DNA of 44,559 bases from a virus. The DNA lies in the IMG/VR virus record IMGVR_UViG_3300045988_062990; one strand, 5' to 3'. How positions within the stretch are numbered: position 1 is the stretch's first letter; every line of letters starts with the position of its first letter. Positions 1-8,637 of the stretch are shown here, in pieces. The notes beneath the pieces are model-generated. The model was not told the DNA's origin. It saw nothing but the letters and a program-made list of their open reading frames with translations, and searched no databases. A program made the position numbers and the translations under genes.

Positions 1-95
1 CTTATTATGAAATCCTCTTACCATTGGAGCTGTGCGAATATCCCCAACAGGGGTATCGACCGCGCCGCCAAGGGAGTGGAACGAGCGACCGTAAG
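1..95. repeat. Terminal overlap, identical to 44465-44559 (closure of a circular contig)
   Basis: Read directly: the first 95 nt equal the last 95 nt. The overlap lies inside one continuous ORF. Confidence 0.95.
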
Positions 96-867
96 GGACA
101 TCAAGCACGCGAAATACTGCGTGAAGATGGACATTCACAAGTTCTATCCGTCAATCCCGCATGACAAGCTAAAATCCTTTTTAAGTCGGAAAATCAAGGA
201 CAAAAAGGCACTTGGTATTATCCATTTGGTAATCGACTCATACCATAGCTCTCCCGGACACGGTATACCCATCGGAAATTACACCTCGCCGTGGCTTGCA
301 GAGTTTTATCTACAGTCGTTGGATTACTTCATCAAGCAAACCCTCGGTATACGCTATTATATCCGCTATGCCGATGATTTAGTCTTGATTGATAATAACA
401 AGCGAAAGCTCCGAAAATCCATGTACGCGGTTATGGAGTTTGTAGGAAAGCTCGGCTTGGAGATAAAGCACGATTACCAGTTATTTCGTATTCAACGAAA
501 CTGCAAGAGCAAACAGCACCGTAGAGGGCGAAAGATTGACTTTGTAGGTCGCTGTTTCGGTATCAGAACCACGACCATACGAAAAAGACGCGCTCTCGCT
601 CTTATGCGACAAAGCCGCCACATTCGGAAAATTCAAAAACGAAACGGAGTCGTATCGTTCCGTATAGCGGCGGGTTTCCTGTCACGGTGTTCCTGTTTCA
701 AGCATACTGACTCACTCGGTATGAAAAAGAAATATTACGATACAGTCAAAATCAGAAAATTAAAGGAGGTAGTCAGAAATGAGAGTAAAAGGAAATGTCT
801 CTCCCGTAACCCTGTCGATGGAGTCTTACCTGCCGTTGGAGGGGTATGTAGAGGTCAGACTGCGTGA
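1..867 (+). CDS. DGR reverse transcriptase, C-terminal part (continues from 44171-44559 across the junction; whole gene 1161 nt, 386 aa)
   Basis: The frame is continuous through the overlap (..QPLIMKSSYHW..). RT motifs are present: KMDIHKFYPSI, GIPIGNYTSP, and IRYADDLVL with YADD at 367-378. The gene lies 113 nt downstream of the TR. Confidence 0.9.
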   Translation, partial: LIMKSSYHWSCANIPNRGIDRAAKGVERATVRDIKHAKYCVKMDIHKFYPSIPHDKLKSFLSRKIKDKKALGIIHLVIDSYHSSPGHGIPIGNYTSPWLAEFYLQSLDYFIKQTLGIRYYIRYADDLVLIDNNKRKLRKSMYAVMEFVGKLGLEIKHDYQLFRIQRNCKSKQHRRGRKIDFVGRCFGIRTTTIRKRRALALMRQSRHIRKIQKRNGVVSFRIAAGFLSRCSCFKHTDSLGMKKKYYDTVKIRKLKEVVRNESKRKCLSRNPVDGVLPAVGGVCRGQTA

Positions 868-1102
868 AAACATCAAAGAAGTCACTGACATTGACCCGCA
901 GACGGAAACCTCTGTCACCATGTTCGAGTATGATGAGTACACTTTCCTCTTGAAAGACCGTGAGGGCTTGCGAGAGGACATCGAAAGCAATCTTAATGAT
1001 TGGCTTATCACTGGCAGAACGCTTGAGGTCAACGAAAGCGCAAGCATTGTGCAGGACATGAAAGCCGCACTGGAAATTTTGGGGGTGAAAGACAATGCGT
1101 AA
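779..1102 (+). CDS. Hypothetical protein (107 aa); overlaps the RT 3' end by 89 nt
   Basis: AAGGAGG at 763-769 lies 9 nt before the ATG. The ORF is acidic. I recognise no family. Confidence 0.65.
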   Translation: MRVKGNVSPVTLSMESYLPLEGYVEVRLRENIKEVTDIDPQTETSVTMFEYDEYTFLLKDREGLREDIESNLNDWLITGRTLEVNESASIVQDMKAALEILGVKDNA

Positions 1103-1274
1103 ATGGGAAATCGCCGCTATCAAGCGCAAAATGGAAATTGATGCCGCTGATGAGAAAGCCAATGACCTTGACATTATTGTGTCTGAGATTATGAAGTTGC
1201 CATACGGTCAGCTCAAAAAGGTTCTAACCCCGGAGGTCATGGAGGTTCTCAAAAAATATGGTTACGCGGAGTGA
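1095..1274 (+). CDS. Small hypothetical protein (59 aa; below the ORF-track cutoff)
   Basis: ATG at 1095 overlaps the end of the previous ORF. MRKWEIAAIKRK...KKYGYAE, stop TGA at 1272-1274. Confidence 0.5.
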   Translation: MRKWEIAAIKRKMEIDAADEKANDLDIIVSEIMKLPYGQLKKVLTPEVMEVLKKYGYAE

Positions 1275-1301
1275 TAATTATAAGAACAGGAGAGTAAGCT
1301 G

Positions 1302-1622
1302 ATGGTTTCTGAAAGCACACTGATTATCAGTATTGTGGGAGCGGTCTTTGCAAGCACAGGTTTTTGGGCGTTCCTCACAAGTCTTATCCAAAGCAAAAAG
1401 TCCAAAGACAGTGCGGAGGGGCAAATGCTGAAAGGTCTTGGACACGACCGCATTTGCTATCTCGGTGAGTGTTATATTCAGCGCGGGTATATCACCAAAG
1501 ACGAATATGAGAACCTGCATGATTATTTATACTTACCGTATAAAAAGTTGGGTGGAAACGGTACTGCCGAAAAGGTTATGAAAGAGGTTGACCGTCTCTC
1601 ACTCAAGGACAAGGAGGATTAA
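1302..1622 (+). CDS. Membrane protein with one N-terminal TM helix, in the lysis-module neighbourhood
   Basis: Hydrophobic N-terminus LIISIVGAVFASTGFWAFLTSLI. GGAG-type RBS upstream. Confidence 0.6.
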   Translation: MVSESTLIISIVGAVFASTGFWAFLTSLIQSKKSKDSAEGQMLKGLGHDRICYLGECYIQRGYITKDEYENLHDYLYLPYKKLGGNGTAEKVMKEVDRLSLKDKED

Positions 1623-1698
1623 CCTATGGACGAAAAGAACACTCACGATGTAGTTACGCCCGAAATGTTGGACGAACTGAGTAACGGAAAGGGGGACG

Positions 1699-2742
1699 AT
1701 GAAGATGAGTAACAGTCCGCTCGTGAGCTACACTCGAATTTCTCCGAACAGAGGAAACACAATCAACAAGGTATGGAAGCCGGAAAGAACACGCGCAATC
1801 GACACCATCACAATTCATTGTGTCGTAGGGCAGTGTTCCGTGGAAACCCTCGGCAATGTCTTTGCCCCGACTTCTCGACAGGCAAGCTCCAACTACGGTG
1901 TTGGGTACGATGGCAAAATCGGTATGTATGTCGAGGAAAAAGACCGCTCTTGGTGTACCTCAAGTGCGGCGAATGACAACCGCGCTATCACCATCGAGGT
2001 CGCAAGTGATACCAAACACCCTTATGCGGTGAACGATAAAGCGTATGCCGCAATGCTCGACCTTGTAACCGATATTTGCCGCCGTAACGGTATCAAGAAA
2101 CTGGTATGGTCTACGGACAAGAACAAGCGCATGAACCACTTGGACGGTTGCAACATGACCGTTCACAGGGATTATGCAAACAAGTCTTGCCCCGGTGATT
2201 ATCTGTATAACCGTCACGGAGAGATTGTCGCAGAGGTCAACAAGCGGCTCGGAGCGACCGTTGACACACCTGCCAAGGAGGACAAGCCTACGCCCTCTGT
2301 GACAAGTTCCGTCAAGGCAGGTGATACCGTCAAAATCCTCTCCGGCGCGACCTACTACAACGGCAAGGCAATTCCCGGTTGGGTCAAGAACAAGAAGTGG
2401 ATTGTCCGTGAGGTCAGCGGTGACAGAGCGGTTATCGACAAGTCTGAGGACGGAAAGAACGCGATTTGCAGTCCTATCAACACAAAGTATCTGAGTGTTG
2501 TTTCTGCCGCTTCTACGCCCTCTCAGAGCGCGTGGACACCGCAGGTAGGGGATTATGTCTCTTTCACGGGAAAAGTCCACTACGCAAGTTCTAACAGCGA
2601 CAGAGAGGTGTCCTGCAAGGGCGGTAAGGCAAAGATTACGCAAATCTACACCAAGGGCAAGCACCCGTACCATCTTGTCAATATGGGTGGCGGGTGTACG
2701 GTCTATGGTTGGGTTGACCGAAGCACTTTCACAAAAGCGTAA
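1699..2742 (+). CDS. Endolysin: N-acetylmuramoyl-L-alanine amidase (Amidase_2/PGRP type) with C-terminal SH3-like binding repeats
   Basis: IHCVVG..SSNYGVGYDG..TIEV..HRDY..KSCPG zinc-amidase signature. Repeated ~60-aa C-terminal modules. The start could be 1699 or 1705. Confidence 0.85.
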   Translation: MKMSNSPLVSYTRISPNRGNTINKVWKPERTRAIDTITIHCVVGQCSVETLGNVFAPTSRQASSNYGVGYDGKIGMYVEEKDRSWCTSSAANDNRAITIEVASDTKHPYAVNDKAYAAMLDLVTDICRRNGIKKLVWSTDKNKRMNHLDGCNMTVHRDYANKSCPGDYLYNRHGEIVAEVNKRLGATVDTPAKEDKPTPSVTSSVKAGDTVKILSGATYYNGKAIPGWVKNKKWIVREVSGDRAVIDKSEDGKNAICSPINTKYLSVVSAASTPSQSAWTPQVGDYVSFTGKVHYASSNSDREVSCKGGKAKITQIYTKGKHPYHLVNMGGGCTVYGWVDRSTFTKA

Positions 2743-2757
2743 AGGAGGTCTGACGGT

Positions 2758-3033
2758 ATGCGGAGGGTAAAGAAAAAGCCACCGAAAGAGTTTTCAAAGA
2801 AAATTCTTATTGTGGCAGGAATTATCAATACTGTCGTTATCGTCTTTACGATGATAATGATTTGGCGTACTCTCGACCTTTCGCCGCTTGCCTACCTCAT
2901 ACCGTCAGTAGCCGCCGAAGTTGCCACGGGTACGGGATTTTATTACTCCAAGGCAAAGGTCGAGAACCGAATAAAGCTGATGAAGCAAAACAAAGTTACA
3001 CCCAACGACACACATTTTTCCGAAAATTATTGA
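2758..3033 (+). CDS. Two-TM membrane protein (holin-like)
   Basis: Two hydrophobic segments, a basic N-terminus, and a position directly after the endolysin. Confidence 0.55.
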   Translation: MRRVKKKPPKEFSKKILIVAGIINTVVIVFTMIMIWRTLDLSPLAYLIPSVAAEVATGTGFYYSKAKVENRIKLMKQNKVTPNDTHFSENY

Positions 3034-3045
3034 GGAGGTATTACC

Positions 3046-3339
3046 ATGATTGACATTACCAATGTTGTTTCCGCAGTTATCACCCTGCTCGTAGCGGTCA
3101 TTACCACTTTCCTTATCCCCTATCTGAAAGAGAAAGTGGACGCTGAAAAGTTCGAGAAAATCAAGGCGTGGACAAAGGTTGCCGTTGAAGCCGCAGAAAT
3201 GATTTACAACGGCGCGGGTCGCGGTGCGGAGAAGAAAGCCTATGTACTGGAATACTTGAACAGTAAGGGTTATAAGCTCGACTCTGACACCATTGACAAG
3301 TTGATTGAGTCTGCTGTCCTTGAGCTGAAAAAGGGCTAA
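3046..3339 (+). CDS. Holin, LL-H family-like
   Basis: N-terminal TM helix VVSAVITLLVAVITTFLIPYL followed by a helical soluble part with ..AVEAAE..G.G.EKK.YV, typical of LL-H holins. Confidence 0.7.
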   Translation: MIDITNVVSAVITLLVAVITTFLIPYLKEKVDAEKFEKIKAWTKVAVEAAEMIYNGAGRGAEKKAYVLEYLNSKGYKLDSDTIDKLIESAVLELKKG

Positions 3340-3352
3340 GTTTACCCCGCCT

Positions 3353-3461
3353 AAGTAGTCTAAGTAGTTAAAAATCGGTTTTTGCGTAAACTTTCGCCTA
3401 ATACGCGCGTACTTAGAGGAAGTTACACGCAAAACCTTAAAAACAACTACTTTGACTACTT
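3353..3461. repeat. Palindromic site 1 (candidate attP / module-boundary element). Its arms are perfect inverted copies of the arms of site 2 at 21333-21445.
   Basis: 3353-3387 is the reverse complement of 21411-21445 (35/35). 3414-3461 is the reverse complement of 21333-21380 (48/48). The internal dyad is centred on TACGCGCGTA (3402-3411). Each arm carries tandem AAGTAGT motifs. Confidence 0.85.
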
Positions 3462-3480
3462 AAACCCCCTCCCGTGGCAT

Positions 3481-3510
3481 AGAAAAAGAACGCACGATTA
3501 TCGTGCGTTC
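3481..3510 (-). terminator. Intrinsic terminator of the integrase gene
   Basis: The stem GAACGCACGA/TCGTGCGTTC encloses the stop codon. On the - strand it is followed by TTTTTCT. Confidence 0.65.
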
Positions 3511-5060
3511 TCTATTCTGTAAACAAACCCAAAAGTGTGTTTTATGAAGAACACAGAGTTCGGATTTGCACTATTTGGTGGAGCATAACACCCAATATCC
3601 GAACTCGTGAGAGTAGCGGTATTATTGCCCGAAAGATTGAATGTTAGCACAATCCGCTTTCCACCATCTTCATCGTCATACACATATACAGAGTTTACCA
3701 ATGTATCAATCACGCGCCGTTGGTAATCCTCATCATCAACATTCCCGCTCTTGAACGAAGTAAGCCAATACCTAATGCGGTTCTCGTTCAAGAGCGGTTT
3801 TTTCATTTCCTCACGGGCGATACGCCCCTCAATATCGGACTTCTCCTGTTCCAGTTCGTCAAGGCGGTCTTTGGTAGCAGAAGTAATGATACCTTGCTCT
3901 ATTGCGGAGACAAGGTTCTTTATTTTTTTCTGAACATCTTTCAGTTCAGCATTGAGACCGTCCAAGTAGGTGGTATCTGCTGATTCTTTTTCGATGATTT
4001 CCATAGCCCGTTTTGCAATAAGGGCGATATTCTCATCAGTCAACACATTCCGAACTGTATAGCGGACTACCAGTTTCTCTATCCAGTCTTTTCGTTCGGA
4101 TTTCTTTTTACAAGCGTGTTCCCGCTTTGCCTTTGTGCATTTGTAGTAATGATGCACCTGCCCTGTTTTTGATGTGCCACTCTCACCGACCATCGGACTA
4201 CCACAATGACCGCAGAACAGTTTGGTAGTCAGCAGATAGTTTTCGTGGGCTTTCGCCTTTGCCCTCGCTTTCCCATTATGCTTGAGCATAGCTTGTACTT
4301 TCTCAAACAGTACCTTGTCTATGATAGCGGGCATACCATCGGGAATAACAATGTCCATGAGCTTGTATGTGCCGATGTATTTCTCGTTTCGGAGAATGGT
4401 CTTGAGACTGTTCTTGTTAAAAGCGTTACCTCGTGCTGTCTTATACCCTCGTTCGTTGCAGTAGTTGATGATTTGGGTAGCCGACATACCATCAGCGTAG
4501 AGCTGAAATATCTCCTGCACGATTTTTGCCCCAACAGGGTCAACAGCGTACTTTCTGTCCTCACCTACGGTATAGCCAAGCAGGAGGTTTGCACCACCAG
4601 TGGCAAGACCTTGGAGGGCGTTCTCTCTGATACCTCGTTTGATGTTACGGGCAAGGTTCTCTGAGTAATATTCGGCATATCCCTCAAGGACAGACTCAAG
4701 GATAATGCCCTCCGGCGTGTCCGGCATGGGTTGTTTTGCGTAATAGACCCGTACCCCATTCTTTTTCAGTTTGGCTTTATAGATAGCAGAGTCGTATCTG
4801 TTACGGGCAAAACGGTCAAGGGTGTACATGATTACCGCTTCAAACTGTCCCTTTTCGCTGTCCTTGATGAGACGCTGAAAGCTCGGACGATTATCTGTTT
4901 TGCCGGAAAGGGCGCGGTCAATGTATTCGTTTATGATGGTAAATCCATTTTTGATTGCGAACTCGTGGCACTCTCGGAGCTGACCCTCTATAGACTCCTC
5001 TCTTTGATTGTGGCTCGAATATCGAGCATAGATTACTGCTTTCGTAGTCTCACCTCCAAT
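3498..5060 (-). CDS. int: Large serine recombinase (phage integrase); start codon unresolved
   Basis: The catalytic N-terminus ..KAVIYARYSSHNQREESIEGQ.. is encoded at 5042-4830, upstream of the first ATG (4829). A Cys-rich zinc-ribbon region (CGHCG..YYKC) and a coiled coil follow. The frame is open from ATT at 5058-5060, which follows an in-frame TGA at 5061-5063. Confidence 0.85.
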   Translation of the reverse strand: MGGETTKAVIYARYSSHNQREESIEGQLRECHEFAIKNGFTIINEYIDRALSGKTDNRPSFQRLIKDSEKGQFEAVIMYTLDRFARNRYDSAIYKAKLKKNGVRVYYAKQPMPDTPEGIILESVLEGYAEYYSENLARNIKRGIRENALQGLATGGANLLLGYTVGEDRKYAVDPVGAKIVQEIFQLYADGMSATQIINYCNERGYKTARGNAFNKNSLKTILRNEKYIGTYKLMDIVIPDGMPAIIDKVLFEKVQAMLKHNGKARAKAKAHENYLLTTKLFCGHCGSPMVGESGTSKTGQVHHYYKCTKAKREHACKKKSERKDWIEKLVVRYTVRNVLTDENIALIAKRAMEIIEKESADTTYLDGLNAELKDVQKKIKNLVSAIEQGIITSATKDRLDELEQEKSDIEGRIAREEMKKPLLNENRIRYWLTSFKSGNVDDEDYQRRVIDTLVNSVYVYDDEDGGKRIVLTFNLSGNNTATLTSSDIGCYAPPNSANPNSVFFIKHTFGFVYRIENAR

Positions 5061-5099
5061 TCACGCTTTCGGTAAAGTAACTCAATGAGAATGACGCGC

Positions 5100-5465
5100 T
5101 CAACCGATAGCGTTTGCTTTATCCCCCTCGTATTCTTTTCGGTCTCCGAAATCATAAACCATTGCCATGAACTCATGCTTGGCTCGGCGAGGTAACGCAC
5201 GATAGACCTTTAGAATGTCCTCCTCGTCCTCATTTTCGGGTACAGCTTTCTCACAGCAGAGGTCTTCTTCATCGGCAAAAAAGTCCATTACAGAGCATTG
5301 CAGAATTTTGGCGAGAGCAAGCAACTCCTCTTGGTTTGGTATAGAACCTCGTTTATTGATGGCAGTCGTGTATGAAGACTGTCCATTTTTTATTTGTTTG
5401 ATAACGGCGGTTAGGTTCGTGCCACGCTCGGCACAGATACGATTGATGTTCTCAGCAAAAGTCAT
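5100..5465 (-). CDS. XRE-family HTH repressor (CI-like)
   Basis: HTH N-terminus (ICAERGTNLTAVIKQIKNGQSSYT..) and an acidic C-terminal domain. It is divergent from a Cro-like gene. Confidence 0.8.
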   Translation of the reverse strand: MTFAENINRICAERGTNLTAVIKQIKNGQSSYTTAINKRGSIPNQEELLALAKILQCSVMDFFADEEDLCCEKAVPENEDEEDILKVYRALPRRAKHEFMAMVYDFGDRKEYEGDKANAIG

Positions 5466-5511
5466 AGAGTTCCCTCCTCGGAAAATAATTCGGATATTTT
5501 GAATTTACCTC

Positions 5512-5540
5512 TTGACAATTCAGATAATAAGAATTATACT
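5512..5540 (+). promoter_or_regulatory. Early rightward promoter (TTGACA-17-TATACT)
   Basis: TTGACA at 5512-5517, a 17-nt spacer, TATACT at 5535-5540. A TATAAT on the opposite strand overlaps at 5533-5538 (leftward promoter). Confidence 0.7.
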
Positions 5541-5552
5541 AAGAACAAGAAG

Positions 5553-5567
5553 TTCGGAATATCCGAA
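5553..5567. promoter_or_regulatory. Candidate operator palindrome TTCGGA-ATA-TCCGAA
   Basis: A perfect 6+3+6 dyad just downstream of the -10. A related half-site, TTCGGATAT, sits at 5489-5497. Confidence 0.55.
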
Positions 5568-5708
5568 TTGACAATAAGAAACCGACCTCTCGAAAACGGC
5601 AATTTTCGGGAAGTTGAAGCGGATTAGTCCTATAACAATAATAACAATAATTCGCCTTTTTGTCAATGGCAATTTCGATTTCAAGAACCACGAAAGGAGG
5701 AAATCTCG

Positions 5709-5903
5709 ATGAGTCAGATTCAGAAGCGAATGGAAGCACTTGGCGTAAAGCAGGTGGATATGATTCTTGAACTGCGTAAGCGAGGTATCACAGTTCAGCC
5801 GCCCGAAATGTCGAGTATTATTCGCGGGGTCTATACCTATCCAAAGGCGAAGCGAGTCCTCGATGAATGTGACAGAATCCTCACTGAACTTGAAGCTCAC
5901 TGA
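5709..5903 (+). CDS. Cro-like / small HTH regulator
   Basis: 64 aa and divergent from the repressor. GGAGG RBS. Confidence 0.65.
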   Translation: MSQIQKRMEALGVKQVDMILELRKRGITVQPPEMSSIIRGVYTYPKAKRVLDECDRILTELEAH

Positions 5904-5990
5904 GTCACAGGTGAGCGACCTCGCAAGACCATTGATGGGGATTTTGGAACGGTTCTACCAAGACCCTAAGAACGAGGAGGACTATCAAAA

Positions 5991-6632
5991 ATGGCTACTG
6001 AGTGTAGAAGAACTAAAAAACGAGTCAACAGAAACCGACTCGTAAGATTACTTATCGTCCTTGTAGTAATTGCGGCTATCGCGTTCGGAATCGGCAGAGT
6101 GACCGCTCCTGCAAAGACAAAAACCGTTACCGTCACGGAGACCGTAGAAGTCCCTGTATATAGCGCAAACAAGCTCCCCGAAACATCGGACATCTTCTAT
6201 TTCGATGTTCCTCTCTCACATAGCTTGCAGAGGTTCATCTATGAAGTGTGTGCCGATGAAAATGTCCCTGTAACACTCATCTATGCAATGATTGAGCATG
6301 AGAGTCAATTTAATCCCGAAATTGTAAGTAAAACGGACGATTATGGACTCATGCAAATCAACGCGGTCAACCACACATGGCTCAACGAGGAGTATCGGTG
6401 TGCGGATATGCTCGACCCTTATCAGAATGTGTTCTGCGGCGTGAAAATCATCGGGTCGTATGTCAGCCGTTATGACGGAGACCTCACGAAAGCTCTTATG
6501 GCTTACAACATGGGTGACTACGGCGCAAGAAAAGCATGGGAGAACGGGGTCAAGGAAATTGCCTATTCCAACACGATTCTCGGTCTCATGCAAAATTACG
6601 AGGAGGTGCTTCAAAATACCAAGAGTAATTGA
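5991..6632 (+). CDS. Membrane-anchored lytic transglycosylase (SLT domain)
   Basis: N-terminal TM helix, then EHESQFNP..DYGLMQIN..AYNMG SLT motifs. Confidence 0.8.
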   Translation: MATECRRTKKRVNRNRLVRLLIVLVVIAAIAFGIGRVTAPAKTKTVTVTETVEVPVYSANKLPETSDIFYFDVPLSHSLQRFIYEVCADENVPVTLIYAMIEHESQFNPEIVSKTDDYGLMQINAVNHTWLNEEYRCADMLDPYQNVFCGVKIIGSYVSRYDGDLTKALMAYNMGDYGARKAWENGVKEIAYSNTILGLMQNYEEVLQNTKSN

Positions 6633-6636
6633 ACTG

Positions 6637-6843
6637 TTGGATAAAAAAGTTGAAACCCTGTTCAATCGACAGGATTTTGAATATCTACTCGAACGGTACA
6701 TGGGGTACGAAGCGGTTCAGTATTTCCGTGATGTGATTGAAGAAATCGAGGATTCCTACAACGGACAGATTGACGAGCTTACCGTACAGAACGAAGACCT
6801 CCGTGAAAAATTGGAGAATATTCGGGAGGTGTGCCGTGAGTAA
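6637..6843 (+). CDS. Hypothetical coiled-coil protein (start uncertain; a TTG is proposed)
   Basis: The open frame has coding-like composition (..QIDELTVQNEDLREKLENIRE..), but no good RBS is visible. Confidence 0.4.
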   Translation: MDKKVETLFNRQDFEYLLERYMGYEAVQYFRDVIEEIEDSYNGQIDELTVQNEDLREKLENIREVCRE

Positions 6844-7234
6844 CAAGAAAATCGGCAACGGCTTTGAAGCTGAGTTTTGCGAGAAGCTGTTCCAAAACGG
6901 CTATTGGGTTCACAACCTCGCACAGAACGCGGCGGGACAACCCGCAGATGTTATCGCAGTAAAAAACGGGACACCGTTTCTCATTGACTGCAAAGTATGT
7001 TCCGGCAAAGTGTTCCGTCTGTCCCGCATTGAGGACAATCAGCGAATGTCGATGAAGCTATGGGACGATAGTGGAAACGGTACTGGTTGGTTTGCAGTAA
7101 AGTTCACCAAGAACATTTACATGGTAGAGCTTTGGCAGTTTGACCTTGCCGATAAAGCAAATCTCTCCGAAGAATGGTTCACCGAATATGCTGAAACCCT
7201 TGAGGAATGGTTAAGGCGGGGTGTTGCAACATGA
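6836..7234 (+). CDS. Holliday-junction resolvase-like PD-(D/E)XK nuclease (RecU/Hjc-like)
   Basis: GTG start after GGGAGGTG. GNGFEAEF..ADVIAVKNG..LIDCK pattern. Confidence 0.55.
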   Translation: MSNKKIGNGFEAEFCEKLFQNGYWVHNLAQNAAGQPADVIAVKNGTPFLIDCKVCSGKVFRLSRIEDNQRMSMKLWDDSGNGTGWFAVKFTKNIYMVELWQFDLADKANLSEEWFTEYAETLEEWLRRGVAT

Positions 7235-8634
7235 ATGTAACTGTATCAAATGTCCTCACCATCGAGAACCCCACGCAGGACGCATTGATGTGGTGCAAAC
7301 GCAACCTCACGATTACGAACCCCGAATATACCAAGAAAGCCCGTATGCACTTTTGGCTCGGAAATACCCCCGCAACGCTGACCCTGTACGAGACGCGCGG
7401 CAACACCTTGGTTCTTCCCTTTGGGACGCTCCGAAACCTGCCGGACTGTATCGCAAAAGAAAGCACCTTTCAGAGCGCGTTTTCTATCCCTGTGAGCGTG
7501 TCTTATGGCGGGGTGGATATTCCACTCTACGATTACCAAAAGACCGCTGTGGACGCTCTGTACGCCGCGAAATACGGTATCTTGCAGAGCGCGGCAGGTA
7601 GCGGGAAAACGCAGATGGGGATTGCCCTTGTAAAGCGGTTCGGAAAGCGCGCCCTGTGGCTCACCCACACACTCGACCTGCTCCGGCAGAGTAAGGCTCG
7701 TGCCGAAATGTATATGGACTCAGACCTCATCGGAACTATCACAGAGGGTAAGGTCAATATCGGTAAGGGTATCACATTTGCCACTATCCAAACGATGTGC
7801 AAGCTCGACCTCGCACAGTACAAGGATTTCTTTGATGTGATTATCGTGGACGAGTGCCACCGCGTAGCGGGAACACCTACCGCTATGACGCAGTTCTACA
7901 AGGTTCTGAACAGCTTGTCGGCACGACATAAAATTGGTCTCTCCGCTACGGTACACCGCTCGGACGGAATGATTGAAGCTACTTATGCCCTACTCGGTCA
8001 TGTGGTTTACACCGTTCCCGATGAAGCCGTGGGAGACAAGATTATGAAAGTAGGTATTACCCCTGTTGGGACAGGCGTGGAAATCAGCCGCGAATGTCTG
8101 AACTCAGACGGTACGCTGAACTACACCAAGCTCATTACCTACCTTTGTAACGACAATTACCGCATAGCGTTCATAGCGTCATGGATTGTATCGGAAGCAG
8201 ACCATTCCTGTCTTATTCTGTCCGACAGACTGGAACACCTTGAACGGCTTATGAACGCTCTCCCTCGAAGTATGAGGGAAAATGCCGTAATGGTTAGCGG
8301 CAATATGACAACAAAAAAGGGAAAGGCTGAACGAGAAAAAGCGATTGAGGATATGCGAAGCGGTAAAAAGAAGTACCTGTTCGCTACTTACTCCCTCGCA
8401 AAAGAGGGGTTGGATATTCCTCGGTTAGAGCGGTTGTTCTTGGCAACACCCAAGAACGATTATGCGGTTATCACACAGAGTATCGGCAGAATTGCTCGTA
8501 CCTTTGATGGTAAAGAGGACGCTATCGCCTATGACTTTGTGGACAATATCCCCTATCTCGTGAAGTCCTATAAAAAGCGGTGTACGACCTACCGAAAGAA
8601 CGGGTGCTACTTCCGCTATACGGAGGGAGAGTGA
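7231..8634 (+). CDS. Superfamily-2 DEAD/DEAH-box helicase
   Basis: Walker A AAGSGKTQ, motif II DECH, later SAT-like LSAT. ATGA overlap with the upstream gene. Confidence 0.8.
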   Translation: MNVTVSNVLTIENPTQDALMWCKRNLTITNPEYTKKARMHFWLGNTPATLTLYETRGNTLVLPFGTLRNLPDCIAKESTFQSAFSIPVSVSYGGVDIPLYDYQKTAVDALYAAKYGILQSAAGSGKTQMGIALVKRFGKRALWLTHTLDLLRQSKARAEMYMDSDLIGTITEGKVNIGKGITFATIQTMCKLDLAQYKDFFDVIIVDECHRVAGTPTAMTQFYKVLNSLSARHKIGLSATVHRSDGMIEATYALLGHVVYTVPDEAVGDKIMKVGITPVGTGVEISRECLNSDGTLNYTKLITYLCNDNYRIAFIASWIVSEADHSCLILSDRLEHLERLMNALPRSMRENAVMVSGNMTTKKGKAEREKAIEDMRSGKKKYLFATYSLAKEGLDIPRLERLFLATPKNDYAVITQSIGRIARTFDGKEDAIAYDFVDNIPYLVKSYKKRCTTYRKNGCYFRYTEGE

Positions 8635-8637
8635 GAA

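Noticed and set aside
3402-3411. The TACGCGCGTA centre of site 1 resembles, from memory, the core of protelomerase target sites (telO) of linear phage-plasmids such as N15.
   Set aside because: No protelomerase-like (large tyrosine-recombinase-type) ORF exists in the genome. The contig closes as a circle. A 10-bp palindrome alone is weak evidence.
5767-6045. A 92-aa + strand ORF overlapping the end of the cro-like gene and the start of the SLT gene.
   Set aside because: It overlaps two better-supported genes and has no clear RBS. An internal start (ATG 5863 or GTG 5911) could give a small protein, but I cannot support it from sequence alone.
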